64,000 bases of DNA from Strigamia acuminata (Eukaryota), in the NCBI GenBank assembly GCA_949358305.1, contig OX442314.1, positions 14,198,001 through 14,262,000 on the forward strand, given 5' to 3'. The first letter of the stretch is position 1, and each line of letters starts with the position of its first letter. Under the pieces are notes generated by a model. It saw only the letters and a program-made list of their open reading frames with translations. It made no database searches and was not told where the DNA came from. Below are positions 34,151 through 48,400 of this stretch, piece after piece. Both the position numbers and the translations under genes were made by a program.

Positions 34151-37100
34151 TTACAAAAAGTCTTTAGTGTCTTGCTGACCACTAGGGGCGCTTGCAGGTG
34201 TAGTGCTACTGTCTCTATCTTGCTGCTCGATCTCCTCCAACAACAACCCCCTCATTTCCGAGTCGGTCGGAGACGGCCTCGGACTGCCGGCTCCGCTACT
34301 TTTCGATCTCGACCTGTGTTTTTTTTTCTTATGATGATGACCGTCTCCGTGCGACTTCCTCTCCTTTCTATGCCGACGAGACTCAGCATCTCCGGGCACC
34401 GGAGAAGCCGCAGCATCCAACTTGTGCTCCCGCCTCAACTGCTGTCCACTGCTGGTCGCACTATTGGAACTACTTTCGTTCTCGGTGCCGGGACACGGTG
34501 ATGTCAAAGACGTAGGCGTTGCGGGGACCCCAGTATTGGTTAGACGACTCATTGCTTCGGCTACGATTTCTTCTAGTCGTGCTAGACGAGTGTTGAGTTG
34601 CTGCAGTTGGTGTTTCACATCTGTTTTGAACTCACTTAAACTAGTTAAAATATGCTGCAAATCCACTGAATGCACTGGAGAACTAACAGGGGATGCTGAA
34701 GGTATCATAGGACTAAGAGGCACAACTAAACCACCCACACCTGTTCCACCTGTCCCACCTGTCCCACTAATACCGCCTGTTCCACCTGTTCCACCTGTTC
34801 CACCTGTTCCACCACCAATAACAACACCAGTTCCATCGCCGGATTCGTTTAGCCGTTGCTCCGTGCTCTTGGTGAAGCCACTATCGGTCGAATCGACTTT
34901 GCGAAGATTTGTCGGTGGATGTTTTGGCGGTTCCGGCTCGGCCGTCTCCTCGATCGTCTCTTGTCGACCCCCCAGCCGACCCCAGCGCGAAACTGGCCGC
35001 ATGCCGCCGTTGGCTTTGGGGGTTTCCTTAGTGACGGGAAGAGCAATGGGCGGAACTGGTTGTTCGTTGGTATCCATGTTCTCCTTGTTTTCGCCTCCAC
35101 CCGTGATCGCCCCCCAACCTCGGGAACCTTTGGGGCGGAGACGGGCGCTTTTGTCGTTCACCTCGGCCACGAGTGCCAGTCGCGTGCTAGGCCGGCGCTC
35201 GCCCGGCGCGACTCCATCGGGCGGTGACACGGCATCCCCTCCTCCGCCCTCCCCACGTTCTGCATCTCCACTGTCAATTGAATGCGTAGGCGTTAAGGCA
35301 ACACTGCCCGCTCTGCTGTCCGAAGATTTACGGAACCGGGAGAATAACTTTCGCACCAGATGGTCTTGCGAGATCTCTTGAAGGGGCTCGTTTTTGCGCC
35401 GCTCTGCCAGCTCTCTCTCCCGCTTTACGTCTGCCACCTTGCGGAAGATGAGCTGAAAAGTACAAAAATTACAAAGATTAACGAGAAACAAAGTGTTTAT
35501 TTTATTTTGTTTAGTTTTACTCACTCTGTGCCTCAGATTGTAGGTGAGGATGAGATTGCGTGCGAACGAGTTAGCGAACGCATGGTAAAAATCGAGCACC
35601 TCGAGCAATTGGTCTCGCTTGATGCTGTGGAGGTCACAGTAGGTTAAAGCGCGGACGTTCGCCGCTGATTGACCAACCGAGGCTTCTTTCCAGAACAAGT
35701 CTCCGAATACGTCGCCCTTGCCTGCGGACAGATTTGTTTTTGATGAGTGCCGTGTGCATAATACTTAATGAGTTTTACCCATGATAGCCACAACCTCGTC
35801 GTCTTGGATGACCTCGAGGGAACCCATGACAACGAAACACAGGGAGTCGATGCTTTCTCCCGTGTGGAAGAGTAGATCGCCTGGTGCGCTGTGGCTCATT
35901 GTAAAATGCATGGCGAGGGCGCGTAAACATCCATCGCTCGCCAAACGGAAAGCGGGATGCTCGTTGAACACTTTGCGGTTCAGATGTACGCAAATGTCTG
36001 CCCGCATGTCTTTTGGGCAGTAGTTCAACACCTGCAATCATCGAATCAATGTAAACATTAGTTATTTCAATTTTCAGAAAACTTGTTTCTTTCCTCCTTT
36101 TAGCTTTTTATTTTAATGGGCATGTTGGATTTGTGTGGTTTTGGTTGCAGTAACTGGTGATTAGAGAAGATTTTGCATTTTTGCAAGAATTTGTTTTGAT
36201 TTGTGTGAAATTGTTTTGATTTGCAAGAATTTGCTTTGATTTTCTTTGTTTTTGCAACAAATTCCTTTGAATTGCAAGAAATTGTTTTGATTTACATGAA
36301 TTTGCTTTGGATTTACAAGAATTTGCTTCGGATTTACCAGAATTTGCTTTGGATTTATAGTAATTTGCTTTGGTTTGCAAAAGTTCGTTTGAATTTATGT
36401 GATTTGGCTGCTCGTTGGATCGTAAGCTATTATGGACTTGTGTTAAGATTTAAATTCAAGTTAATTTACGTTTGTCATTTCGCTTGAAAGCTGCAAGAGA
36501 AGAACTACTTGTATGTTTTATCTCGCGGTAACATATTAGCACTTGTCAAACATTTTATGTGGCGTTAAAACAACTCCAGGAGCACTTTAAACTTGCCAGA
36601 TAAAATGCTGCAACGTTTTTTTCCCTTTTTTTCCCTCTTCAAAATAACAAGAAACCATATTTTCTAACTGCCACGCCACTTGAGACGCAAAGCCATCTCT
36701 CCTACCATCTCTTCTACAGTTCTACACCTTTTAATCATACTTCAAATCTAATGGATTAACCTGAGATTGACAGTTGCATTTTTCCTTGTCAATCACAAAA
36801 ACTGACATTTTTTTTAATGGCGTAGAAACACGCGTAGAAACACCAAGCAAGGATTATTCATTGCTAAAAAATTTGTACACAGGACGCACGTACAACGAAG
36901 AAAAAGGGAGAAAGATGCAACATGCTACAATCGATAAAATTGAACATTAAAACTGACAAGTTCTTTCGCCGAATCTCCAGCTTTGACTGAGAAATTGAAA
37001 AGTTTAATTACTCGAAACAAGAACAAAGCCCGGCTGATGCCATTCTTCTTCCAGCTCCCTTAGGAATCAACGCTGTACCGTGTTAATGCACTGACGGTAC

Positions 37101-40100
37101 AGTGCAGTCTCTATCCACTTTAAACTTTGTGTATGTATACTAATGTTTCCTAGCAACGGACAGTTTATTTCCATCTCCATTCCCTTTTTAAAAGTTTCCA
37201 CGAGGTTTTAAGATTTATCTATTTTTTTTACAACATCCTATAATGTGCTGTCGTCATAAACGTGAGTTGCCATGGAAACGGAATTGTAGCTCCGAATGCT
37301 GCGCGGTATAAATTAGTTTAGCCAATTGGAATTAACCCGATGAATCGACGGGATGTGCAGATCAAACGAAAATGGAAAGCAAAAAATGCACTGTCGTTTT
37401 TAACAAAAGATAATTAATTAGAAACCGCACGTGATATTGTTCTCACCGTGAAACAATGGGGCATTGAATAGTCATGTCATATAGAGTTGTGTACATTTTC
37501 GTAACTTCCTGTTTATTATGCATTTCATTAGACTTTAAGTCAAATAATCGAATAATCATCCCAAGATGGCCCTTGGTTTAAGGGGGGAACATAAGAATGG
37601 TCTTTTGGAACGAAACAACAAACTCCTATTGGTTGCAGGCTTGTAACCTAATAGCGCTTCTCAAAGTGGTGGTCCGCAAGATTACGCAAAGATTATATAG
37701 GCTTAGTGGAGCCAATGCTAGCTTACCGGTCCGTAAACTCATTGGGATAAAATATGATACTGGTCCGTAAAACATAGGGACAAAAAAATGCCGGTCTGCT
37801 ACTTACGGTATTACCTCGCTTTAAGCTGCATACCGTTGGACATGGGTTTACCAGGTTTTAGGAATTTCAGTCAAACAGTTTATATCGGCATGCCGGTTTA
37901 AAGTGAAACATGCCGGTATAAGTGAAAAGGCTGGGTTTTTTTTACTTAAAATCTTAGAATCTGAGCCTGAAATTTGAGTTTTCTTAATTTTCTGAAGATT
38001 ATTACTAAAATCTGGGTAAATTTATAGAAATTTAGGCCAATTTCCTACGTTTTGGACATCTAAAAATGCTTTTTATGCTTATTTAAGCTCAATTCTTATT
38101 GAAAAAATTCGCACTCCCTTACACTGGCATGCCGGTGAAAAAAACAGGTTTTATCGGCCTGCCGGCAAAACTCGCATTATACCGGCATGCGGCTTAAAGC
38201 GGAGTAATACGGTAACATGATAACATATTTTGAGTAGCGCTGATCTAATGGAATTCGGGGGACTGTTTCCTTTAAGTGAAATTTGGCAAGAAGTGAGTTG
38301 AACCAGTGGGAGTTTGTTGCTTGGTTGTAAACAGGGTTTCTAGCTCACCTTGCTTGTATCGATTCCTTTGGTTATGGCCCAAGTGGATACCACGTAGTCC
38401 ATAACCCTTTCGCTTAAAGCCTTTGGGACCTCATGAAGTTTCATGAATTCTCTTACGTTATTCAGCATCTCGTGGTAGCGTGCCGTAGCTGATGTCATTT
38501 GTTGAATAATTGTTGTCACGTGGCCGAAAATTGTCGCGTATAAAAGAGCTGCATTGTCGTGAAAAAAGGATGAATTAGTTTGCAAATTTGCAATGCGTTA
38601 AAGTGATGCGCAGCTGTGAAAACACGGGACTGCGCACCGTGGACAATTTCAATAAATTCTACATTGCAGTTGATGATTCTAGGCCTGGAATTAAGTGTGA
38701 CCGCGGCCGTAGAGGGTTTAATTGCAGCGGTGTATGGGAATCATGGCAATTTGCTTACAACAGTAAGTACACAATGAAAAGAAACATTTGCAGCTTAAGG
38801 TCAATTGTATTAAACTAGTAAACAGAAGCGAGAAATTTATTTTCAATTTGCAACGAAAATATTAAAAAACGAAAATTTATTATGGTTTGGCGCATGCGCC
38901 TTTGTAGTTGTTGCTTCAGCTCGGTTTGTTACACTATTATTAGTATTATTAATATTTTTTTTTTATTTCTTTTTATTAAACTTGTAGCACCATAAAAAAG
39001 CAGTTGCAAAGCAACAGGGTCTATTCTAATCATAGATCACTGTTTGTTTACATACAAGGTGCGGTCGAAGTGGTACAAGAAAATCGAATAGTGTCACAAG
39101 GACTCAAATCCATGATTGATCTTTCTCGTTATCCTGCCCAGATACGTTTATAATACACTTACTGGCACTAGATGTCAGTAAAGTGAAGTTTATTGGCCAA
39201 AGAATTTGGAAAATGTTCGCAAGACTATGCAGAGCTGTGCAACAATATTGAGAAACAATTTTTCTGTGTACTAGCTTCGCTTATTATTCTATATTTTGAT
39301 GTAAATAATTAGTTAGGCTGAACAAAAGCATTCCCTGGTCCTTGACATTTTGATGGGAATGTTATTTGACGTTTACTTACCACTGCTGGGCAAAAAGACA
39401 ATAGTTGTGTTGTTTCAACATTAAAGTGCATATAACACACCAGCAGCTGCATTCAAAAAATTGGCTTAAAAGCTTTTTGCTTTAAAGTTGCTTTGTCTTT
39501 GTTTTATGGTTACTTTTGTCTCCCAAAATGGAACGGTCCGACCACTGGGTGACCACTTATGATTATGATCTAGAAAATGACAAGGAATGCACAGAAAAAT
39601 AGAGAGATTTCACGATTTGCTGTGTTTTCAGTTCCTCACGAAACAAAAGCTCGAGTTTTTGAATGAAACTGCCCATTAAAAGTGCCAATGTGTGGGTTGC
39701 AACACGTGCAAAGCGTCGATGTGTTTTCTATAAACAAAACAAAATATTGCGTTGGAGCAAACAATTACGTCGTGAGAAATTGGCAATAAATTGCTCACAG
39801 CGTAACATACCGTAGTACAATGGGAAAAGTTATTACACTTAATTGCAACATGGGATTTTTGCGATTAACTAGCGAAGCTGTGGGCACGTGTGTAATAAAA
39901 TGTCAATATTGGCCAAACATCCTCGTTTATAGCGTGCAAACAAATTCGACATCTGGTCTCAGTTTATATGGGCTTGTGAAGGATTTTTTTTTTTTATTTA
40001 TTTTAAAATTATAAAATTTACCTCCGATTATCATCATACAGATTGTAAATATCTTCTCGTTGTCCGTGTCTGCGGCCACATTTCCAAACCCAACGCTCGT

Positions 40101-43100
40101 CATGCACGTCATAGTAAAATAAAGTGCGGTAACATACATAGTCCCACGACTGGGTCCATTCTGCAGTTCGTACGTATTGTTGACGTAGGAGTACGGTGTA
40201 AATGTCACGTTACCCAGCTTCCACAGCCAGTTGTGCCGTAGGCCGTTTTCCGCATCACTCCGCCCGATGCTGTACCAAATGCACGCCAACCAGTGGGCTA
40301 CGAGCATGTAGAAACAGAGCAGCAGGATGAGCATGGCCGCCCCGTACTCCAGATAGCGGTCAAGTTTGCGAACTACACGTCCCAATCGAAGTAATCGGAC
40401 TACTTTAAGGGCACTGAACAGGCTGCCTATCCCCTATCAAACAACAAATAACACACGTATAGGCATTAGGCAATTTTTGTTTAGACAAATTTACTTAAAT
40501 TTTTATTTCAATTGCGTAACTGACCAAGTGTGTAGTGACCGTCGTACTGTCATACTGAAACACTACTTTGTCTACGAAAAATACTTAGCCTGTTTTTTTT
40601 GGTGATGTGTAGATTTGTCTTCGATTTTTGACTTTTTGAATTTAAAAAAATATTAATTGGAATCGCCATTTTGAATTTTTGTTTCACATGTTGGTGGGTT
40701 CGGGATTTCAAGTAAACAAACCGTTGTTCGTTGGGTTTTCGGGTTTTATTTTTTAAATATTTTACATTATTTTGGTTTGTTTGGTTTGTGTTTAGATGAT
40801 CTGCGGTATAAATTGAAATTAAACTGTGATTTTCTCTCCATTTCAATTTAAACCAAGTAAAATGTACTTCAGGTAAAACCAATAATTGCCTATTTGGTTT
40901 CAACTTACGAATGCAACAGTTTGCGGTCGCCGGAAGGAGCAAACTGTCATTTGCAGTAGGAAATTTTGTGTTAAAGGTAGAAATACCACAACCATTCGTT
41001 AAGTGTGCAGTGTAGTGCACTGCACGGGAAGTTATTTGCTACTCGTACATTATTAATGTCAACCTGGCGAGTAGTTACTGAAACTGGACTTGAGGAGCGG
41101 ATGCAGCAAACCGACCGAGATTGGCCATTCGTTTGTGTCTGGTTTTCATTACGTCGTCTACAGCGAGGCTCGTGCCATTAGGACAAACCGCACGAGCCAA
41201 CTGGGTATATTTACTGGGTTAGTAGCAGAAATAAATTATAACACATATCTGGACATTAATCACGGATCGGGATCGGAATCGGTGATAAATGAAGACGCCC
41301 AACATGATTTCATGAGAGTACGATTTGCAATTGATTCGTCCCATAGCAATAAATCACGTTTTGGTAAACGACTTTGATGATATCCAATAAAGGAAATGTA
41401 AAATTGGAAATATTGCTGTCATTTTGAGTGTTTTATAACGTGGAAACGTAATAAACCCTTTAAAAGAATGCACCACTCGATGGAAAAAAATTGACTTGGG
41501 ATTTTAATTATCTCGAAATGGGAAGAAAAAAAATCGTAATCATAAATTTAATAGTATCTTGTGGGCATTAAGAATTTGCTTCTCATTACAAAAATCAATT
41601 AAATGTAATTTAAAAACATGGTCGTCCATCTTCTATTTGTGTTTACGGTTTGGCCTACACACTTGTCATTGTACGTGGAAAAAAAATTGAGTTTGAAACG
41701 TTGAAGTAGTAAATAGAGTGGGAAATGTAAAAAAAAAAAATGTAAAAAATTTATAAAATGTATAAAAAAATAAAAAAAAAATGGCGTGCATCGTCGAAAG
41801 AAAATTGAGTGGAAAAAGCAACACGTCAAATGAGAAGTGTCTAGGCTCAAAGCGTGGTGTAAAAAACAAAAAAAAAAAAACAAGAAACCAAAATCAAGTT
41901 GAATTCAATTCCAGAGGTATGAGAATTTTCAGCCCCGAAAAAAATGCATTCATTTGAGAGCAAAAAATGTAAAATGTTTGAAACCAAAAATAAAAAATGG
42001 CGAATTAGAGACTAAGCTTAAATATTAAAAATGACGCACCGTAGCGTGTTTGTTATAAATTTTGCGCGAGTGATCAAGTGCTGGCACGACTTACGGTGTA
42101 TTTCCAATTGAATTGTAGTACTTACATCATCGGAGTCGGTCTTGCAATTACTTACGTCTTCATCGTGATCGAAGGCATTGAAGACATCATAAGGGAGGCA
42201 CGAGAGAAGGTCAATGACAAACCAACTCTTGAGATAGTTCATGCGAATGATTTTTGGATCACTGACAACTTCGCCACCAGGTCCCACGAATGTGGTGTGG
42301 AAATTGAGAACGATGTCTATGAAGAAAATCACGTCGACGATGCTGTCGACGACGAGCAGACTCACGTCGTCGCTCGTCTTGTTCTTGAAGGCGACGTTGT
42401 ACGGCACCATGATGGCCGTGTAGAAAGTAAGGCAAAGGATGATCCAGTCCCAGATTGCTTTGAAGGCGCAATAATGCAATAAAATGTGGGGCGGTGTTTT
42501 GGGCGCCTCCTGTCGGTATTGGGGTAAAACATCCGAAGTGAGGCTCATCACCTGTCATCAGCATCCAAACGGAAAATTTTTAAAATTTTATTTTTATTTA
42601 TTTATTATTCATTATTCATATTTTGATTAATTCTTACGTGTCCGATATTGGCTTGCTTGGTGCTGCTGTCCTTGACAGCAGGCAAGTGCGATGAGAACTG
42701 CTGGACGAGCGCCGTTCGGCTCCGTGTCACCGAACGGGCCAAACGTGCGAATTTGCTCAGTCCCGCAGGTCCGCCTTTTGAAGAAAAGCCTTGTTTGAAT
42801 AAAAGAATGGAATTAAGCACGCAACACTTAAATGTTAAGCTCACCTTTGATCGCTTCCGTCTCGATCGGCTCCTTCAGCGCCGTGATATCCCTGAAGGTG
42901 CACAGGAAGAGAACCACCATATCCCTCTCGTTCTTGATGGGTGTGATGCTGAACAGGAGCCATAGTGGAGTCTCTGTTGATTACCATACGAAATCACATC
43001 ATTACACCTTTTACATAATTTGCCTACAATTAATTCGCTCTGGCTTGGCTTCATTTTCAATCTTTTCAAGCGGAACTTAACACTGGCAAAATAATTTGCT

Positions 43101-43639
43101 TAATAGCTCATTTTTTGGATCAATCAAAAATAAAATATTTTTCTAACGAGTTTTCGTCCTAAACCTAAACCTTAGATTTGCCCAGGGTGTCGTGTGTTGC
43201 TGATGCGGCTCGAGTCCAAATTTTAGCAATTCATATTATCTCAAATGCTATTCGAGATAATTGGGGAGAAGAAACTTTTGACTTTTTTTAAACGCTTGCA
43301 AGCTGCTCAGTTTTTGTGTTGTTGGCACGTTTTGGATGTAAAAGATTCTCCCGAGTGCAAATTTAGGATTATCTCAAGCAGTATCCGAGATAATGGGAAA
43401 TCCCAAGAGAATAATAGCCTGTTATTTGTATATGTCTGAATAACCGTCGCGTGAAACGAGCCTTTATACAAAAGCGGGAATGACGCGTGTCTCCAATAGT
43501 GCCTGGCCGATTATCACTTTTGCATTTTAATCGCGCTGCATTTCGCCAATATATTTCCACTGTTTTTGGCATGTGAATAAATTTGGGAAGAAAAAAAATC
43601 GGTTTGGAATTGATGAATTTTTGTGACATTAAAATTCTG

Positions 43640-43674
<35 letters not shown>

Positions 43675-45435
43675 TGACAGTTTCGTTTTAATTAATTCGA
43701 TGCTACTAATTAAAAAGAGCCAAGATTTAGTTTTTTTTACAAAAAAGTTTGTATCAAATGTCATCTCTTGCAATCTTATTCGTGTTCACGTGTTAATCGT
43801 TTACATGGAACCGAGGCCACCAAATTAAGGCAGTTCCGTATCTGATTGCACCCAAGTGACACCCCCAGAGTACAGTTAAGCGTTTGATGGACCTCGCGCT
43901 ATTGAATTTCATTACGTGATCTTGCTCTAATTAATTGCATTGTAATAAAACGCTGCGAAGCAGTGCAGGTGAACCCATTCTTTAATATTCTTCTGAGGCA
44001 CGAAAAAATTCGCTTTATTATTCCCAACCGAAGATTCCCTCTCATTCCTAAATAGATAACGCTATTAAATAACTAATTTTCCTAATTTTTTTTTTAAAAA
44101 AAATTTTAATTTAAATACTTTGTATTTTTGAAATTGGAATTAATTACGGTTACATCCGTTGAATAATCTCTGCAAACATATCCAATTTTTTTCTGCATGA
44201 CAAGATACCATACAGCAACTGGAGGATGCTTATCCGTTGTCAGGGGCAACAACATCCATGAAAGCGCTTGGTATTATGGAAAAGAAGGAAAAATAAGTTG
44301 ACGTCATCGCCTGAACGAGACTAGGAACCTTCTAATGGAATATGTCGGCGATAAAAGATGAAGTTGCACTCGAATAGGCGCGCAATTGAAGTCCTAAGTC
44401 ACGTAGTTTCTGATGTAATTTAAAGCCGTGCGAGTGCGGGCCTGTTTCGAGTAAAGCGAGCGCACGCTCATTTGCATTAATGATGAGAAGTGTTGCACTA
44501 TTCGCGGCGCGTACAGGTGCCTGCGTCTCGTTAATTTTTTAAGAAACCTTCGACTCAACTCTTAGTATCGGGCGCTGGAAAGTGGGTCACGGCTCGATTC
44601 AATTACGGATTCAGAGGGAGGAAAAAAATAAAGGATGTGATGGATGTGTTAATGAGGCGGATGTTGCTTCAAATGGGTGACGTGGAGCGGATGACCAATT
44701 GTGTCGTTTTCACCAAGGGCGCTTTGAATGATTAATGCGATGACAGATTTGTTTTGACTCTGGCCCGAGTCGGCCGGTCGGCACTTGTGAATTGTAGCAT
44801 AAAGTGAGATCATATTTTCCGCATTTTCGATCGCATTTGTTATCTGTTTGACAGGTCAATATTTTTTTTCTTTTTCTTTTTTTAAATACTGGGAATTTGA
44901 GAAATGGGTTGCTCTATTGCCCCTTAAGTCTCGAGTCCTACTCCACACCTTCGAGTGCGATGAATCGTCTCCAACGAGAGAAATAAACCGAACAATGAGT
45001 GAAGTATGAACATGCGAACGAGTGGTCGATTTTACGATTTAGTGCACGATTTAAATGGAGGGAAAAGTGTTTTTCCAGATGTTTGGAATTGGGTGTGAGG
45101 TGAAAAATAAGTTGGTTTTTGGACTCGTAAAAAGGAAATTAATTTTTTTTGAGTAATAATATTGATTTTATAATATTTTCGTGGGTAAAATTGGTACTTA
45201 CTGTTCTTCTTATAAAGAAGGATTTCGAACTGGTCTGCTTGCAACTGTTCTAAACACTGGTCCACCCGACCGACGATGTGCTTGTCGGTATCTTCACCGT
45301 ACATGAATGTACAGCGGCATGACTTTTGCATGACTTCAGCCCGGTTATAACCGGACACTTTACAGAATTGTTCGTTGCAATAAACGATTGGGTAGTCCAC
45401 AATCTGCGCGTTGGCGAGGAAGAAGCTGCTATCGG
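34151..45435 (-). CDS. eag: Ether-a-go-go voltage-gated potassium channel (KCNH1/Kv10 type), 5'-partial (exon 1 not found in the window)
   Basis: Exons 45435-45202 ([24 protein letters not shown]), 42973-42845 (PAC), 42789-42638, 42551-42156 (S1-S3), 40433-40022 (S4 [14 protein letters not shown], pore TSVGFGNV), 38548-38349 (S6/C-linker), 36031-35779 and 35721-35525 ([14 protein letters not shown]), 35452-34151 ([20 protein letters not shown], coiled coil). All introns GT-AG and frame-consistent. Confidence 0.96.
34731..34815. repeat. Coding 9-bp tandem repeat (ccacctgtt)n encoding Gly-Gly-Thr units in the eag C-terminus
   Basis: Translates [29 protein letters not shown]. Confidence 0.8.
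36170..36380. repeat. Degenerate 20-21 bp minisatellite in an eag intron
   Basis: About 10 units of consensus gattt(a/g)caagaatttgctttg. Confidence 0.8.
37652..38242. mobile_element. hAT-like non-autonomous element hosting a nested MITE
   Basis: Ends (t)agcgcttctcaaa / tttgagtagcgctg; ggtccg subterminal motifs; flanks acctaat / atctaat resemble a decayed target duplication. Confidence 0.55.
37806..38212. mobile_element. pogo/Tc1-mariner-type MITE nested inside the hAT-like element
   Basis: TA on both sides; TIR cggtattacctcgctttaagctgcatacc / ggcatgcggcttaaagcggagtaatacgg; internal catgccgg repeats. Confidence 0.7.
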
Positions 45436-48400
45436 CTGTAAAAAGAGAAAAAAAAATGTATAATTGAGATGAATTAATTTAATAATGGGTAAAAAATTAT
45501 TTAAAATTTTTTTTTTGAATATTAATTTTTATGATTTTGCTTGAAGTTATTTATAAAACATCATTTGTTAATTTGTTAATGAAGTTTTGGAAATGTCGAG
45601 AGCGCTGTTGGCAATGCAAGTTGAGTGTAGAAATGAAAAGCCGAACTTCGGGGAGCTTCTTAATGTGAAACGAAGCTGGCAGGAACATTGAATAAATAAT
45701 AATGTGCAGATAAGTTTTCAAAACTGCCAAAAACACGAACAACAAAAATATATTTTTTTTTGTTTTGTTTGTTTAAAATTTTTTTTTTTTTAAACATTAT
45801 ATCATTTAAGCTGAAAGTAATTTTTTTGCTTACATTTCTTTTTTCAAATTACTTTTTTTCTAAAAAAAAAAAATAAAATAAAATAAAAAAAAAATGTTTT
45901 CTTCCTGAATGGAATGAAAACGTACTCTTGAGTCAAAATAAACACAAATTGCAAAGTGGACGGAAACTAATGTTTTGTTTGTCAATGGAATAAAAATAAA
46001 TAAACAAACAGTTGGAAACGTGGAAATGTGTTCGTTATAAACGACTTACACATCTTTTTAAATGCCATTTAACTATAAACACATTAATTATTTAATTAAT
46101 TAATTAATTATCTCGGTAAGCTCCCACTTTGACATGGCAGTGTGTTACTCAAATCATTAAAATTCAACGACGCTTCATACATTTGTCATTGCCTCGACAA
46201 TTGATAAACCTATTTATAGTGTCCTGTTTTGTGTTTACATTCCATTCCAAATAGAATTAGTTTACCTGACACATTTGTCGTCGTTAAGACTTGATGTATG
46301 TTCGAAACGAAACCGGTTTAATATTACGTTAAAAATCAAGAAGTCAAATTAGGGAGTGCACTGGGACTTGGCAACGGATTAACGGTTCCTCAACCTACTC
46401 CGTGCCTACTTTATGCATTATTTCGTCAATTAAAGGTGATGACTTTTTTATGTCGGCTTAGACAACGGCTTTTAGGGATTAAGGGATGAGAAAGATTGTT
46501 GAAAGATGCTAAATCCTGTTTCCATTACGAAGGAAATCGATTTTATTTGAATATTCTTTTGTGCATAAATTAATCGATTTTATGGTTGCTAGTAAAAATG
46601 ATGAAATTTTAATGTTTGAGTATGTTAAGAATGTCGCATCGATTATTTCATCACAGGGCATGATTGTTGAAAGGTTGTCCGATCGACACCGAATGTCAGA
46701 AATTATTTCCCATGATTAGTAATTAACAAATCACAGCGCACGTTAATCAAAAGTAGTGCAATCAATATTATATTAGAGCGGTAGGGGTAATACCTTGGGT
46801 AATATATCCTCAACAATAGGTTTTTTGTGGCGTGCCACTAGATGTCACGTAAGTGTTTGGTCTAACCAATCAATTCCTTGGACAGGAGTTTGTGTGAGAT
46901 TGCCAGATTGGGCAAGGTCAGGCGTGAGATCAGGCACGAGATTGCAATACTAAGTTCACATCAACAGAAAGAGAAACCCATAACCGTAAAGGAGTAACTA
47001 AAGAAAATTCATGGTCTACTTCCCGCCCCCAAATTTCTCTAAATACGGAAATGAAGTTATTGCATTGAAGAAGCTAAAATTAGTGTTATAAACACAAAAG
47101 GCGCATTCAAAGTTTAAGTTTACGTCGTTTTTGGCATTTATTTATACAAACGGCCAAAACAGAATACAAAAATATGCCTAACTAAGAATGTGTGTGAGAC
47201 AATTTCGTCTTTCTTGCACTAGGCGGTAAAACAGATGGGCTGCAACAATCGGACGGAAATTCAAACAAACAGTGCGACGCAACATACGCAGCCGCGCGTA
47301 TGTTGACGACATAAACCAATACAGCAGATACAAACAACAACAAAGCCACACTCACAACTCACACAGTAGGCACATCAGCCCCTTTGCATTTTTTGGGCCT
47401 GTTTATGCTGTAGTTTTTGCATCTCGGCAAAAACCACTCCAAAGTGGGGTTTTTGGTGAAAGTTATTGGCTATTTTTGGTGTCATTTCTTTTACATAAAC
47501 GACATAAACAGACATTTTGAATGCACCTGAAGTTAATGTGTAGTACAGTGGTTATGTTCTTTGTAAACATGTCAGTTTGATTGATTAATTAAGAGCGTTT
47601 CGGTTCGTGATTCTGTTGGGAGTCCAGGTAGAGTACCATTGGTAGAGTACCTGTCCGGCAAATGGGAGATATGGTTTCAAAGTAGACCTTGAATTGTATC
47701 TAAATACAAAAATGAAGTTCCAGCATTGAAGAATCTAAAGTAATAACGGAATGGTTCGCACTAGTTGCTCCAATATTTATTCGATTTCATTTGCTTCTGA
47801 ACTAAGGGGTATTTTTTTTGTCTGAAATAGGAAACGTCTGAACCAATTGTATAATTTTGGTCTTGAATCTAACCACATTGGGTTTCCCACATGCACTTGT
47901 TTCTTCCATTACTGTGAACACAGATCTTCAGCAATAGTACTTTTCATTATCGATTTTTTTTCCGTCTAGATTTATATAATGATTGGTATAAAAAATAAAA
48001 TTTCAAAACTGGATTGATATTTTCAAATAGAGAAGCGCGATTTTCTCAGCAGCTGCGGTTTTATAAAAGGATCGAAGATGTCTCATATCTGACAACATTC
48101 TATGATATCTGTAAGGCCAACTCGCGGACAGACATCAAGAATGAAGGATAACCGTGTATATATACATTTTTTTCATATTTGTTTTGTAGTTTTTCTTCTT
48201 TTGGCTGTTTTTCAGGTGCGATATATTTTTCCAGGAATTTTTATCTTTTATTTTCGTTACGAATCTATAGAAAGTCGTAAAGAAACGATATAAATTTACC
48301 TATGGCATTGAGAATAATAGTAATAAATCTCGACGCCAGTGTTTGCAAAAAGCTATTATTTTTGTGGATTAAAATTCGATGAAAATATTTTCATTCTTGG

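Noticed and set aside
34422..35381. 319 aa Pro/Ser-rich plus-strand ORF
   Set aside because: Antisense to the GC-rich last eag exon; the PPV repeats mirror the GGT repeat.
36108..36487. Repetitive ORFs and a CRISPR-like appearance
   Set aside because: A head-to-tail 20-21 bp minisatellite with no unique spacers and no cas genes.
37073..37106. Two overlapping alternative hairpins (ctgtaccgt/acggtacag and tgcactg/cagtgca)
   Set aside because: Stems of 7-9 bp deep in an intron can arise by chance in 64 kb.
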